A stretch of DNA of 64,000 nt from Tubiluchus corallicola (taxonomy: Eukaryota > Animalia > Priapulida), in contig JAQGDQ010000015.1 of NCBI GenBank assembly GCA_030141605.1, positions 496,001 through 560,000 of the forward strand, written 5' to 3'. Below, one piece after another: positions 50,886 to 64,000 of the stretch. Position numbers and translations under genes: made by a program. Every line of letters starts with the position of its first letter. Position 1 is the stretch's first letter. The notes beneath the pieces were generated by a model. That model was not told the origin of the DNA and did not search any database. It saw only the letters and a list, made by a program, of their open reading frames with translations.

Positions 50886-53119
50886 ATTATTAGAAATTAT
50901 AATGGTGAAAATATTTTTAGCTGATCCAATCGCAAACAGTGGCGATGCAACTTCACCCAATGTAATTTATAATAAAGTTAACATGCTTTCTAGTGTTTAC
51001 TTTCACTGAAATCTGTGAAATTTAAATTGCTCTTTCACAATTACTGCATGGTTTCAGGCCTAATGATGTCAAAGAGGGCTGACAACAAAACCCCCACATT
51101 TCTTAAGATGTTGTTGGAACTTTCATATCAAACCTGTGTGGGGGCAAGCCATTTAACCTTTCCTATTATCAAACCACTCAGTACAGTGTTATAAGTTATA
51201 TCATCTCATTTTAGATTGTGCTATATATCTTGTCACAGCAAGTTGCAAGAAATCACCGTTGAAAAATAGAGACTGTGACAGTTTTAATTAGTTGACACCT
51301 AGTTACGATCTAACGTATGCGTATCGTGTCCTAACCTGTCCTATTGCTGTTATTTTGTAAATAACTTGCATTTATTCTCTGCTATTATCCTTTCGTTACA
51401 AACGTATATTCTACAAACTTACCATAATCAGCTTTATCTTAAGTCGGTTTTTATTATCGACTATTATTTGCTATAAATAACAAACTCTACAAAAATGGCA
51501 TAACACCAATGTTGTTATACTGCTTTTATCCTTATTACCATACATCAGACAGGCCAGCAGCAGGAACAATTTGTCAACTGGGGTATTGAACCCAACAAAA
51601 AAGTAAATCAAAATACTTTCGCTTCCTGGAATACTGGAATTTAAACTGCACTGAATCCGAAAGGTAATCCACTAATAATTCCTTTCCAGCCTTTATTATA
51701 ATAATGTTTTACTGAAAGCGTTTTCTTTAAAATTATACGTATTGTAAAATTTGACTTCACTTGTACGTCTATGTGTGCAGTGTGCTAGGCTTCATTCACG
51801 TTGTCAAATCGACTCGTGTCAGCGGCATCCAATCTACATTTGCCGTCCAAATCCTCCCACAGGGAGCATGGTTGCATCTGCGTGTATTGTCTCGGAAATT
51901 AGATCTGGAAATTGGAATCAAATAAGTGCAAGCCGGATTGTACTGGGACGCAACGGGACCGGCTTTGATAAAGCAAATGCTTTCATATATGATTGAAGCT
52001 CTTTCTAGAATAAAGCAAGTAAAAGCAATTGCGTGTTTATAAAATTTTTACTTTTTCAGTTTTATTTTGATATAGCCTTGTAGTTTTATATTCGTTTCTC
52101 ATTTTTGTATAGATATAAATACAAGTATTTTATTAAAGTGATTACTGACTTAATATAGATCACGCCGACAGCTGAGTCGTGCGAATATCTTACTACAGTT
52201 AACAACTAATATAAAAATGACAGGCTTTTATTGATAACAGTAAACTTAGTCCCTGAAAAGAAATGCTTTGATTCTGTTTCGACTAAACTCTGTATTAGAA
52301 TTGGTACTTTTTGTGGCATAAAATGACTAAAAAACAGCAATGAATAATCGGGTCACCTGACTAGTACATTGATTGGAGAATCCTGTATGGTTAGAATTTC
52401 TAGTTTTGTCATTGATTATAAATGTAATGTAGCTCTTCTGCATGTCGAAGCTAGATTAATACTAGCAGTAGTAACATTTACTAGATAAACAGCAATGAAT
52501 AGCTAGGTCATCTGCCTACACAGGAACTGGAAACGCAATCACAATTAGCAATCGCAATTTTGCCATTAATTATAAGCGAAATATGTAGCTCCTCTGTGTT
52601 CTCGCGCTTGTAAAATACCATGGGTAATAACTGTACAGTATAGACTGCCACTGAATGAAATGAGCTTATTAAATTCCACTATATAAAAAATAGAACAATA
52701 CCACTTATCGAATGTCGGATTAAAGCTGTGTTCACTTTTTGACAATATGTGTGAAAAATCAACAAGGAATTAACACCATTTGACTTTTGACTGTTCACCC
52801 GGGCAACCTCCATGTTAAGAAACTGGTTTCTTTCTTTTGCTTTTTGTGGAGCCGCTTTACCTCGTAAATTTGTGAGATGATTTGACTGATTGCTTGTACA
52901 CCCTAAAGAAATTTGCCAACTTGATGTGGGTAAATTGGTTCTTAAGGTGACATTATAGAAGGCCTTGATCTGTAAACTTTCAAAATGATTTTACACGATC
53001 CACGTTTCGAAACAAAGGACAAAAAGGACAAGGAGACATTTATATTCGCTGGGATAACAGAGCCATAGGCTACTATAAGCGACTCTTAAGCAACACAACA
53101 ACACTGAGACGCCACAAAT

Positions 53120-53235
53120 AAATAACACGGATAACAGCTGTTGCGCCAATACAGGTGGTCGAGAGATTCGAACTCGGGCTGTAAGCAGTAGAGCACACAC
53201 AATCCATTACATTACATTAACCATTCTGCCACCCG
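53120..53235 (-). mobile_element. Possible tRNA-derived SINE head
   Basis: Minus strand GGCAGAATGGTTAA (A-box-like) and GAGTTCGAATCTC (B box); no cloverleaf. Confidence 0.3.
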
Positions 53236-56200
53236 TACTGACAAATTTGACTATACGTACATTCGAGCTCTGATTCACTGTATCCATGGTAATCTCTTCA
53301 GTGGACTGGATTGGCCAATTTTGTTGAAACGCAAAAAATTCGTGCGCACGACCCAATCTAAACGTTTTTTCTGGCCGGAAGTGGATTTGGATGTTGCATG
53401 CAGCTAAAATGTTTCTGAGGCTGTTTCCCTTCAAGTTTTCCTTAATTTTTGTTGCCAGAGGAGAAGTTTTCATGTTTAGTAAGTTTTCTACACAATCTCT
53501 GTCTCATTAGATTATTCCGCAGTGATACGTTTCTGTCTAGTGTTGATCACGAATTCACGCTGGAAGCCAGTCTTGTAGACATATCAATGGTCTGATGTTG
53601 TTACTTTTGACATATATCGAACTTTATTCATTGGCAAATATATTCAGCGATTTTATGTTGACTATGAGTCATCGAATAAAGCGAAAAATTTGCTTTTTGA
53701 TCTCTCTATGTATAGATGTATCGTATAAAATGATTCTCATTTATTTGCGCCACGAAGTTATGAGAATTCAAAAGAAAAGCGAGGTGTATAAATAAACAGT
53801 TTGTTCACTGTGTTCTCAGGAATGGACTGGGGCGACTAACTTCCCATAGGCTGCATAACTATATTGCAGATTAACTGAAGGATAACCAGCCAACTGGTTG
53901 GCTAAATGATTTTCGTGTAAGTTTTAAATGTTGTAACTGGTATACTTACCAACCGATCAACCGACGGCCAATCAAATGACGGACCCTCCGACAGACCAAG
54001 TGACTGTCTACAAAGTGACTGAGCTTTTTTCCTACCACGTATCGTTGAATGTACCGTGAGCTTCAGTGCAGTGTACGTTTTGTTTTTATATGATTTCTAG
54101 GTACACGTGTGACAGTTTTTATCGATAAGCTGTACTGAAATTATTGAGTTTGATGGAAAAAGTCTACTGCAAAAATTGTAGTAAGCGTGATAATTATAAT
54201 AAAATTGATGTGGACATCTTATTGAAGTTTCATGACAATATTTTTAGGCCTACAAATGAATTTTGATCTAGATAAGTAGGTATATTCAAGATTATTATAT
54301 CAGATCCTGCATAGTAGCTTAGGCATAGGCCTAGTTATGTATAAGCTTTCACTATGTCATCTTCACATTGAAATTTTAAAAAGACGTAAAACTAAACAAT
54401 AATGGTTGCTGACATTTTTATAAACACTTTGCAAATGAACCTTATATGGTTTACCAAATACAAGGGTGAAGTTTTCTGTTGGGCGTGTTTGGCAAAAAAA
54501 TAAGAAACGATAGCTTAAAATAGTTATTACTTGATCAGTGATGCATCATTGCTCGGTCGTACGGCGCTTGAGGGCGGACTGTTTTAGCTAATTATACGAA
54601 TTTTTTACCGTGTGATCTCTACACTGACTGAAATGTGGAAATGGTAACGCGCTAAACAATATTGATTGGGTTTAAACATTTTTCATTAGTGAGTGCGAGC
54701 AATCGTCGCCGATACGCTGAAATTCGGATTAGATTTATCCGGTCAAACAACACGTAATTCTGTCCACATCCATTATTATGCCGTGGAATGGCTTTATACA
54801 CATCAGAATTTCCTTTAAGTAATTCATTTATCTATATCTATTTAAGCGTTGTGTGAGTAGAAAGGCATCAATAGAAAGTTAAAAATAAAAAGATTTACTT
54901 GAATTGATATGAAGTTTATAGTAGACGTCTGCATCAACCTCCGGTAATATTTTCGCTAAAATATTGATAATCCTTAGTCGTCTTTTTTAATTTTGTTAAC
55001 GTATACTGCTCTATATCTTGGATAGAAAATCCACAGCTAGAGCCTTCAATTTTAATGAAGCTCGCACTGCAACGAAGAAGCTTGTTTGCAAATGCACAGT
55101 ACAAATAAATGCTCCTCAAGCAAACTTCTTCGCGATTTATGTGTTATAACTGCACCTAATAATTCTAATTGAAGTCTCTAACTGATGAGCTAACATAGCT
55201 GTGCCTTTAGCTTTACAAATGTCTTTCCAGCGTGAAAACTTCTTCCTGTGCACAAAACTTTCCAACTTTAAATCAAAGTATCGGGCATAGACTAATATAA
55301 TTAAAAAAATTTCAAACAGGTTATTGTAACAATGACAATCTTAATTATCGGTCAGAATTATAAATCGCACGCAGGTCGCTTATTAAATTTATACCAAAAC
55401 TCACGCCAATTGTGTTGGGTTTATTCTTGGGATGTGCTAGGTAAAGCATGTTCACAACGGCTATTATATTCGCAAATGGCATGTTCTAGCTAAACTTGTA
55501 TAATAATATAATATAAATGCAGACGATTTCAGATAGTGCTAGACTCAATAAAACCGGCACCAAAATCGTTTTGCGGACGCCAGGAAAATCATATTAAAAT
55601 TTATGGTGCGGCGAAATGCACGAACCTCAGGTAAAATATCGGACAGATACGGGCTTCATAATACAAGAAGAAGCCATTTAAACAGCTTTAAATGCTCTTA
55701 TTGTATTACGAACCGAAGCATAAAGATGCGCTGTGACGGCGTTAAGTTTGCTACTATAAACGAGATAAGATTTGCTTTTGTTTTTGCTTGTATCTAGAAT
55801 TTAGAGTGGTTTTTCGCATTCATAGGCAATGCTTTTTAATAAAATTTTATCGTCCTTGTTATGAATTGAAGTAAATCAAAAATTTTAATTCCCTGAAGGA
55901 AATACGCATAAAAGTTACAGCTTACGGTCTTGTTATTTATGTATAATTAATGAGTTCGAGTTTTAGTTATGTTTGATCTACTGTAGCATTAAACTATTAG
56001 TTGTCGTGCTGAAAAATTCTAGCCAATAATTCTTTGTATGAACATCAACCTACGGGTATATGATTAAAGTTTATAATTAAAACTGTAACACTAATCAGCA
56101 TTAAATATAAGATGATGCTCTGAAAAATTGTGAGTTAACTAGCATTCGAACAAGAACCTTGTTTCCAGATCTCATTATTATTAGCAAAAATGTGAAAATC

Positions 56201-56436
56201 TCAACATTATTACCCTGTAACAATAAAAATTATTACATGATTAACGTTTTCATTGGATCTTTATTTTCAGGTGTGCGTAAGTCGCGTTTTAACTATTTGC
56301 AGAATTTTAGATTTTTAATGTACGTATATATATATATATATATGGCTTCAGGCTGAAATAAACTGATAAAAAAGTATATTTTTTAAAAAGTATAAAAAAG
56401 ATCTATAGAAAATGTCAAGCCTTCAAATAAAAGTGT

Positions 56437-56855
56437 GATAAGCGCCACGTGTAATTAGTAAAATCACATTAATATCGCGATCATTTCACGCTTGAGTACT
56501 CGCATTTCGAACGCACATTCTTCCACCAGTGACGTCGTTTACCGGTCAACGCATTTTCAATTTTCATCGAGAGTATAATAGTTTTCAAAAAGTTAGATAG
56601 CTAATTCCGTGACATTTTTAACGAACACCAGAAATTTGAATTAAATTAACTAGCACGCGCTTGCGCTTATGGAAACCCATAAAGCGTTTACGAAAAGTTA
56701 CGAAGCCCGTAATATAATATAAATTATATTGGCTGTAATATAAATTAACTTTGTGCTTTATAGATAGCTTTTCTACCAATTTCTTGGTTATATTTTTCCA
56801 AGTTCAGGTAACTGAAATAAGCTCAACATGGTAAGTGACTTGTCCTTTCCTTTAA
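56437..56855 (+). mobile_element. Second copy of the 40691-40850 repeat family, extending to a TCCTTTAA terminus
   Basis: Shared internal block at 56437-56527; ends ...TCCTTTCCTTTAA, the reverse complement of TTAAAGGAAA. Confidence 0.5.
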
Positions 56856-57589
56856 GCACCCCTTTTCTGCTTCCTTCTTCCTGCTGTCCAAATAGTCGCA
56901 GTTTTACCCCTTTGCATGCGTGTGCATAAACTCGGCAGATTTTATAGTCCATGTCTAGACTATTATGGCAGCGCCGTAATTGACCAACTAAATTGCATAA
57001 ATTTATGACAGAACTTTATAGACTCATCATCGCAGTTTTTTATGGGACAATTTTACATAAAGTGCATTATTCATAGCTTCCATTGAAAATAAGAATCAAG
57101 AGGTTTGGGCTTATTTTAATTACTCATAAAGCCAAGCAAATAAAGTTACACGAATGTCTTTGTGAAGTTAAGATCTTAGATCGCCAAACTGTTTTGTGTT
57201 GCATTTAATTAAGCAATCTGTTCATTAAATATTTCGTGGCTGTAAAAGACAGGCTTTAGTTGCAATTATGGTGTAAAAGATCTAGAGGGTTTAATTAAAT
57301 CTAAATCGCTGTTGCATCAGATGCAATCCATTTTCCTTGAATGATTTACATATGACGTGTACAAGCTTATCCTAGGGTTATAAAATCACTTTTACTTGGC
57401 CTTATTTAGTTGTCAGAAAATCCTACTATATAGTCTTTTGTAATTATACTGTTAAGCAATCATTAGTTTCTCTGACGTTAGATGCTACTGCTAGCTTTCC
57501 TAACCTGACCCTGTTCTTAATTGTCAAATCAAGAGTTGCTTCACCACACCGGATGTCATATATTACTACTACACTGCGAATAGCCCTAA

Positions 57590-58175
57590 CCCCGCACGTT
57601 TGTCGAATACTGCCGCAACGTGCATCACACTTAATTTCGCACTGTTTTCACATGCTACCAAAGCATACACTGCCACAGCATACATCACACACAACCTTCA
57701 CAACTGTAGTCAAGCACTACCAGTCGTATATCACACATAACCTTAACACTGTTGTCAGACACTACCATGGCATACATCACACACAACTTTCACACTGTTG
57801 TCAGACACTACCATGTCGTATATCACACATAACCTTAACACTGTTGTCAGACACTACCATGGCATACATCACACACAACCTTCACACTGTTGTCAGACAC
57901 TACCATGTCGTATATTACACATAACCTTAACACTGTTGTCAGACACTACCATGGCATACATCACACACAACCTTCACACTGTTGTCAGACACTACCATGT
58001 CGTATATCACACATAACCTTAACACTGTTGTCAGACACTACCATGGCATACATCACACAACCTTCACACTGTTGTCAGACACTCCCATATCGTACATCAC
58101 TCGTAAGCTCACACTGTTGTCAGATAGTACTATATCGCACATCACACATAACCTTCACACTGTTATCAGACATTA
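57590..58175. repeat. 46-bp minisatellite with alternating A/B units (92-bp higher-order repeat)
   Basis: CACTGTTGTCAGACACTACCATG followed alternately by GCATACATCACACACAACCTTCA and TCGTATATCACACATAACCTTAA; edge units are degenerate. Confidence 0.95.
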
Positions 58176-59226
58176 TCATAGCATCATTTTGGTATTGGTA
58201 TAGGCTTTCATAATGTATTGTATTATAATGACAGCGCCATACCATAATTTGTCGTTACAGCCTGCAAGGCCTAGGAATAATGAGTCAATCATTAATATAG
58301 GCCTATGTTGTGTGCTGCACACTGTACTGTGGTGATATAAGAATATTGTGGGTATATCATTAGTGAGGTATCCATGTATGTTTAAAGTGAGAATTGTGTG
58401 CGAAACTCGTAAAATTGGCAGACGAGCGTTAGATCTCTAACAAGAAAACTTGTTGAAATAATTATTAATTTTAATTTCAAGTGGTTATAGCAATTTGCTT
58501 TATAAGCGAAAGGTTACTGGTTCAAGTCCAGGTTTTGTTCCGACTGTATCACATATTCTTTCTTTCGGACAAGTTTAGCTTCAAAAATATAATAAGTGAA
58601 GGTTGAATTCCACTCCATCCTACTGAAGAAACAATGAAATTTTTTCACTAAAGTTGCCAATGCCACGCATGAATAGCATGAATACGTGTCGACCACGTCA
58701 ATTCGTAGCACATATGATTACGTCACGCTGTGACTCACATACGTAACCCTTCGCTATTATGGAATTCGTTAGGTCATATGCCACCTTGCTCTGCTGACAG
58801 GCGTTATTACGAACTTGATTGCTACCCCAAACACCGGCTACTATTATCTCTATCTATACAGCCATGATATGTTTGCTCTGTCAACACACGTTTTTCCCAT
58901 CGGGAAATTGGGAAAAGTCGCAAAAATCGCAATATACGCAAGTCTCACTGTGCGTTACATCTTTAGGGAGATGATCGAGTCATTAGTTTAATCGCAAGGA
59001 GAAAATAATATCCAAGAGGAAGTACTGCATGTCACGCTGTTAACATTATGCATGACTTTTCAGCCCTGGAGATTATCCTAGAAATAACATGGCAGCAGTT
59101 ATTAAAATATCATTAATTAGGCTTAAAATTATCACCCAACTTCGAATACTCGCTATTTCTAAATGCCAGCACTAAAGTGTATAGAAAAAAGGCTGTCATT
59201 AACTAAGGGCGTTTGTGACAATCAGG

Positions 59227-59830
59227 TTAAAGGAAAACTGGACCCAATCTTAAACTGTAGGTCAAAATAATCTACTCTTTAAAATATTGAAAGGAAGCAT
59301 TCTATTTTTTCTAAAATGACTTACGTGAAAGAATTATTACCATACAAACGCAATTTTGCGTTCGCGCCACTAGTTCTTCGCTGTTACATTTCGCCGTTCG
59401 CTAATTAGAGGGGCACTAACGCCTGCATTTCGGAAATGCGTTGCACAAAAAAACAAGTGCTGTACGTCTCAATCCAGAGGTATTCATTTGTAACGTACTG
59501 CACACGTTCGGCAGCTCATGCGTGAGCACAACGTTAAATTTGCAACTTGAATTTTTCCTTAAAACTTGTCGAGTTTTGGTACAACACACTGAATCTCTTA
59601 CAGTAGTTCTTCACTCCAATTTTCGCTTTTGCAAACACGCTCATGCAATACTTTTGCTGTTGAAAATTATGTTCGTTTGTGATGTCATCAATAGTTGGCT
59701 CGCTCGCCGCTGATTAAGATTTTAATCCATTATTTATTTATCAGAAACGTATTATTGGTGTTAAAATGTATCATTTTTATCTTACTTGAAAATGGGGTAC
59801 TATATGAAAAATCATCCTGTCTTCCTTTAA
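59227..59830. mobile_element. Kolobok-like MITE (~600 bp) with TTAA ends
   Basis: Left end TTAAAGGAAAACTGGA; right end TCCTGTCTTCCTTTAA (reverse complement TTAAAGGAAGACAGGA). Confidence 0.5.
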
Positions 59831-61754
59831 ATCAAAATCTGTGTGAGTGTGTGACCATGTTTAAGTGAGCTCGCTTTACTTTGGTAATGTATGAAAAAAT
59901 AGTTTGTGAGTCGAATTGTGCGTGATATGTGACGTAGCAGCAACTTTCAGTAGTATGTGGTCACAAGTATAATGTTGTATAAGTAGTAGCAACTCAGTAG
60001 AAGGCAGCTGACTTAGAAGGCGTTGTAGAAGAGCATAAAATATCTAGCTACTGAGTTTAGGAAGGCTTTACGCAGGATTTTAGAGATCCCATTTATCTCA
60101 CATTCGAGTATGACTCATTGAATCTCCGGAATGCTGAATCCCTTGAATCTCTTACCTTTCAATGTTTTAATAGCAAAATGAATTCAAAAGTTGTTCAAAA
60201 TATATGCAAGACAATAAGATTATGAGAAGCATGTCTTTCCTAAACGATGATACAAGCATAACAACAATGGGCAAGAATCGTATAAACATAAATTCAACAA
60301 GGTTTATAAATGCTGCTACTTTTGACAGAATTGAATTAATGGTGAATTGGTAATTCAGTAGCTATTCACAAGCTAGTGTTGAGACGTAACTTAATACTAG
60401 TTGCATTGTTTGTGAGCTTCTCAGAAACCTGGCATTTCAATGTACAGTTGCCAATGTCTAATTGCTAATCAGCAGATTTCGTCTTCTCGTAATACTAAAT
60501 GCCATAGCTGGAGAGAGATAGCCTATCTTAGTAAAAGTAAAACAGTGCTTGGACACTAAAACTATGCAGCTAAATTCAGCACCATTGATCATATTTCAAT
60601 TACTACTGGTTTAACGAATAATACTTTTAATTCCATATTTTGCTTTTTTGGCCTTCAAATGACCTTTAGCCGTTGGTCATTTATCATTTAATGCAGTTGA
60701 ACAACTTTATTTATAAGCGTCCATTTAAGGTGGTACACATCGTACTTTGTAAAAAGTATTACCAGTATAAGGTCAGATTTGAACTCTTTTCCACCCCTGC
60801 CCCACCCTTCGTGTTCCATAATTCATTTAATTATCACAGTTTAATTAGTCGCATTAAAAACTCTCATACGATACACTACGCCAAGTAACTGCACGCTTTT
60901 TTTTTTATCAAAGGTCACATTTTATAGACCCCACTCAACGAGGTCTGTCCCTCTACAGCCCAGCCCACTTAACCAAAGTAAATTAATTTATTCCCGTGCA
61001 TTCAAAAATTCTGTCTCCCTGAGTTTCAGCAAATTCTCATAAGGCTTTTTGAAAATAATCACCTTTGACCTTGATGAGTGAAAAAAGAATCACTCAATTG
61101 CTGAATACCCAAAATGTCGTGTCGTTCTCCTCCTGGGCCTATGAGTTGATGAAGGTTCGTTTCTCGACTCTTTACTGAGCTATTAAGTTGAACTATACAT
61201 TCATATACCAACTAAGAAGTCAATTTGAAACTGAAACTAGTTTTGAAGAGAGAATTCGTGAGACTTGAGCTGTTTTTTCCGTTGACCATGATAACAAGTA
61301 TCGTCAGCATACATAAATACTTTATTTTTTTTGCAAAGCATTAGTAAACATAAGAAATACGTTCTAATACGGCTTATCGCTTCCAATTAGAAACGCAAAA
61401 GGTTAGTCATAGAAATTTCGTTCAATAATATTGGAAGTAAATTATGTACAAAATGATTTGCCGTAAGAGCTTCGCTTTCAGTGGTTTGTTTTGTTGTGTT
61501 TACGAATTTCTGGTATGAGGATCTCATTTCCTAGTTTAACTCAACAGAATGTCACTAATTTGATGACGAAAGACTATAATTTGCGGATTCTAATCTCACT
61601 AGAGAACTAGCTATTTGAAGCCATGATATCTGTAAGATCACTGTAAAGAGGTATTATAACAGCTTCCCATGGCGACCTTACCCATCTTCTGTTATGAGCC
61701 AAGTTACCGATGTTTGATTAATCACATATATAACAGTGGTTTGTGTTATTTATT

Positions 61755-61985
61755 TTTGATTCTTACTACCCTCAGGAAAGAATAAGCGTGATAGAAACGT
61801 TTAGGCATACTGCCAGTCTGTTTGTCTTTCTACTGTATACTCGAATGTTTGCTTGTTTATTTGTTATCTTACACCTTAGTTTAATGTCATATGTTGTATA
61901 CTAGTGTTTTAAAATATAAAGCTCATGAAGAGATGAACCAAGATGTAGCTAATCGCATGTAGCTGCAATTTTGACCCTCTAGTTT
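61755..61985 (+). mobile_element. Possible decayed Helentron/DINE-1-like element
   Basis: GTCTGTTTGTCT microsatellite remnant, TTTGACC motif, CTCTAGTTTTT end. Confidence 0.3.
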
Positions 61986-63852
61986 TTAATGCGCATTTTT
62001 GCAAAACTGTTAAAGAGGCACTAACTCATAATGCTTGATGGTGGTGCCGTCTTCTACTGTAATTATTGCTGGATTAACACAAGCTGGTGTACCTTCTGTA
62101 AGGGTAGTTATGGAGACCAAGTGTAGCTCGAGATTAGATCAAAAATTGTTTTTCTGTATTTAGTGTGAACAGATTCTCCCACTCAGAGCGCTAATGTAAG
62201 TTAGGACTTTTAAATATTGTCCTTTCATATGTACGTACTACTAACAAAAAGAGACTGTAAAGTAAATCGGATATCATAACCAATGATGAAAAAATGGGCT
62301 TATAACTACTAACGAAAACCCCTAATCTTCTCTAATCAAAGATATATGTATGCAATACCAACCGTCAAGTTGAATAAAAACGATGATTTTACATTAAAGT
62401 TTACCATCAGATAAGTGAGGCAAACTCATTCATCACCGCAGAAATGTGTTTTTCAGATTTTTCTATTGCCTAGATAAAATCAAGTGAAGCCCCGTTGTCT
62501 AGCTTATTTGCATATGCAGACAAGCATGCACCTATTTCCTCATTCTAGTCTAACAGAATAATGCAGAACGATAAAGAAAGCACAACAAAGTTTACCTACG
62601 TTTGACAGGCTTTATACATGACTTTCTTGCCGCGAAATACTTCTACTGTTAGCAGAAACAGATGACTAAATACGAAAACGTGCTAAAACAAAATGATTTT
62701 TGCACTGGTTGTCAAGACATTTTACTTCGGAAAAAGTAAAACAAACCAGTTAACTTTAAATAAGCTAATTAAAATACTGTAATTTAGGAAAAACATTTTG
62801 AATGGACGCACAAATTCATCATCACCCATGAAGTCAGCTGTCAAAAAGAAAAATGTATCTCTTTCAACGACATAATTATAATATAATCATATTAATAGCT
62901 TATAAAGCAAAGTGTAATGATAGCATACAATGATAATGAATCATGAATAGCGGTGATGATTTTGATGATGATGATGACGACGATGTACGACGGTGGTAAT
63001 GACGCTGACAGTGATGAGTAAAAAATAGAAATTAAATATCAAAAATATTAATCATTTAAAATCATGAGAAAGATAAATGAGATATTACTATTAATCTCGT
63101 GTTTACGCTGGGAAGCTAAACAATTTCAGCAAAAAGTGAAAATCAAAATTAGCACTGCAAAATCAGTGAACACAAGTTTTGCCATAAATACGTTATGCTT
63201 AGTCAGTCTAATATGATCATTAATCGCAGAATTAGTACACCCTAAAAAGGTTTAGACGACACAGAAGTTTATTCTTTATAATTCGTATTTAGTTACTTTT
63301 GTCATCAAGCGTCTGCCGTGTTGTGCACCCGAATTGGCGGGCAACTATTCGTTAGTTAACTGTATAGCGTTTTACAAAATATTTATTATACAGTTAGGTT
63401 TGTTATTTATGACTTTAGATATTTTAGATTTATTGTTCTTTAAATCAAGACGAAGCGGCTAAAGATCGACTTAATAACAACAGTTCAGTAATCACTGAAT
63501 CAAAAATCATTAGGATAGTTCAAAGTCGAGAAGGTCAAAATCAGCCATTAAAACGCACTAATTTGTTTCTGACAAATAGGTGTAGGTTTGTTATTAAATA
63601 GAAATTCTCTCCTTTTTAAGTTAATATTAGTTTGTCGCTTTTTGAAATCAAACAGTGGCTTCCGCTTGTGAGTCTGTTACTGGCAGCACGAAATTAAAAG
63701 CTTCATTGTTTCAATGAAATGAAAAGCGTCCAGAGAGTGTGGTAGGTAGATCTCATATTAGTTAATTCTTAGTCGAAAAAATTGCATTGTTTCAGTTTAT
63801 ATAACTAATCCAATATAATTTATTGTTTCGACTCTAATTCCTTTTTTTGCAG

Positions 63853-63956
63853 ATAAACAAAACCGGAATCGAAGTGCGCGTGAAAAACTTTAATCAAGAA
63901 GTGAATGCGAGCAAATTCTCAAGGATTTTAATCGACTCCAAATTGACCAGCAACGG
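63853..63956 (+). other. Candidate isolated exon, product unknown
   Basis: Branch-like CTAAT, acceptor CTTTTTTTGCAG, open frame INKTGIEVRVKNFNQEVNASKFSRILIDSKLTSN, donor CGG|GTGAAT. Confidence 0.25.
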
Positions 63957-64000
63957 GTGAATATGAACGAAATTATTCCATTTTATGCAGTAATGAAATA

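Noticed and set aside
57700-58100. CRISPR-like constant repeat plus spacer pattern
   Set aside because: The spacers are just two alternating related variants, there are no cas genes, and the context is eukaryotic; it is a minisatellite.

Overview
AT-rich, gene-poor eukaryotic (most likely invertebrate animal) genomic DNA, dominated by decayed transposable elements and microsatellites. There is one well-supported host gene: a three-coding-exon, signal-peptide-bearing PI-PLC X-domain (PLCXD-type) phospholipase at 43812-46106 (+), followed by a Thr-rich mucin-like stalk and a frameshift-broken, possible membrane/GPI-anchor tail. The most structured locus is 11520-18769, where a full-length but decayed CR1/L2-group LINE (zinc-finger/coiled-coil/SGNH-esterase ORF1, a hydrophobic segment, a 2A-like ribosome-skipping motif GGIEINPG|P, then endonuclease and RT) has inserted into an RTE-type LINE. 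A second short copy sits tail-to-tail in its (TA)n tail, creating a ~145-bp inverted repeat. Other content: two more 3' remnants of the same LINE lineage, an I-group LINE fragment, an RTE 3' fragment, probable Academ, Penelope, Helentron-like, SINE and MITE remnants, and a 46-bp minisatellite with a 92-bp higher-order period. All family calls come from motif recognition by eye with no database search, and repeat boundaries are approximate.
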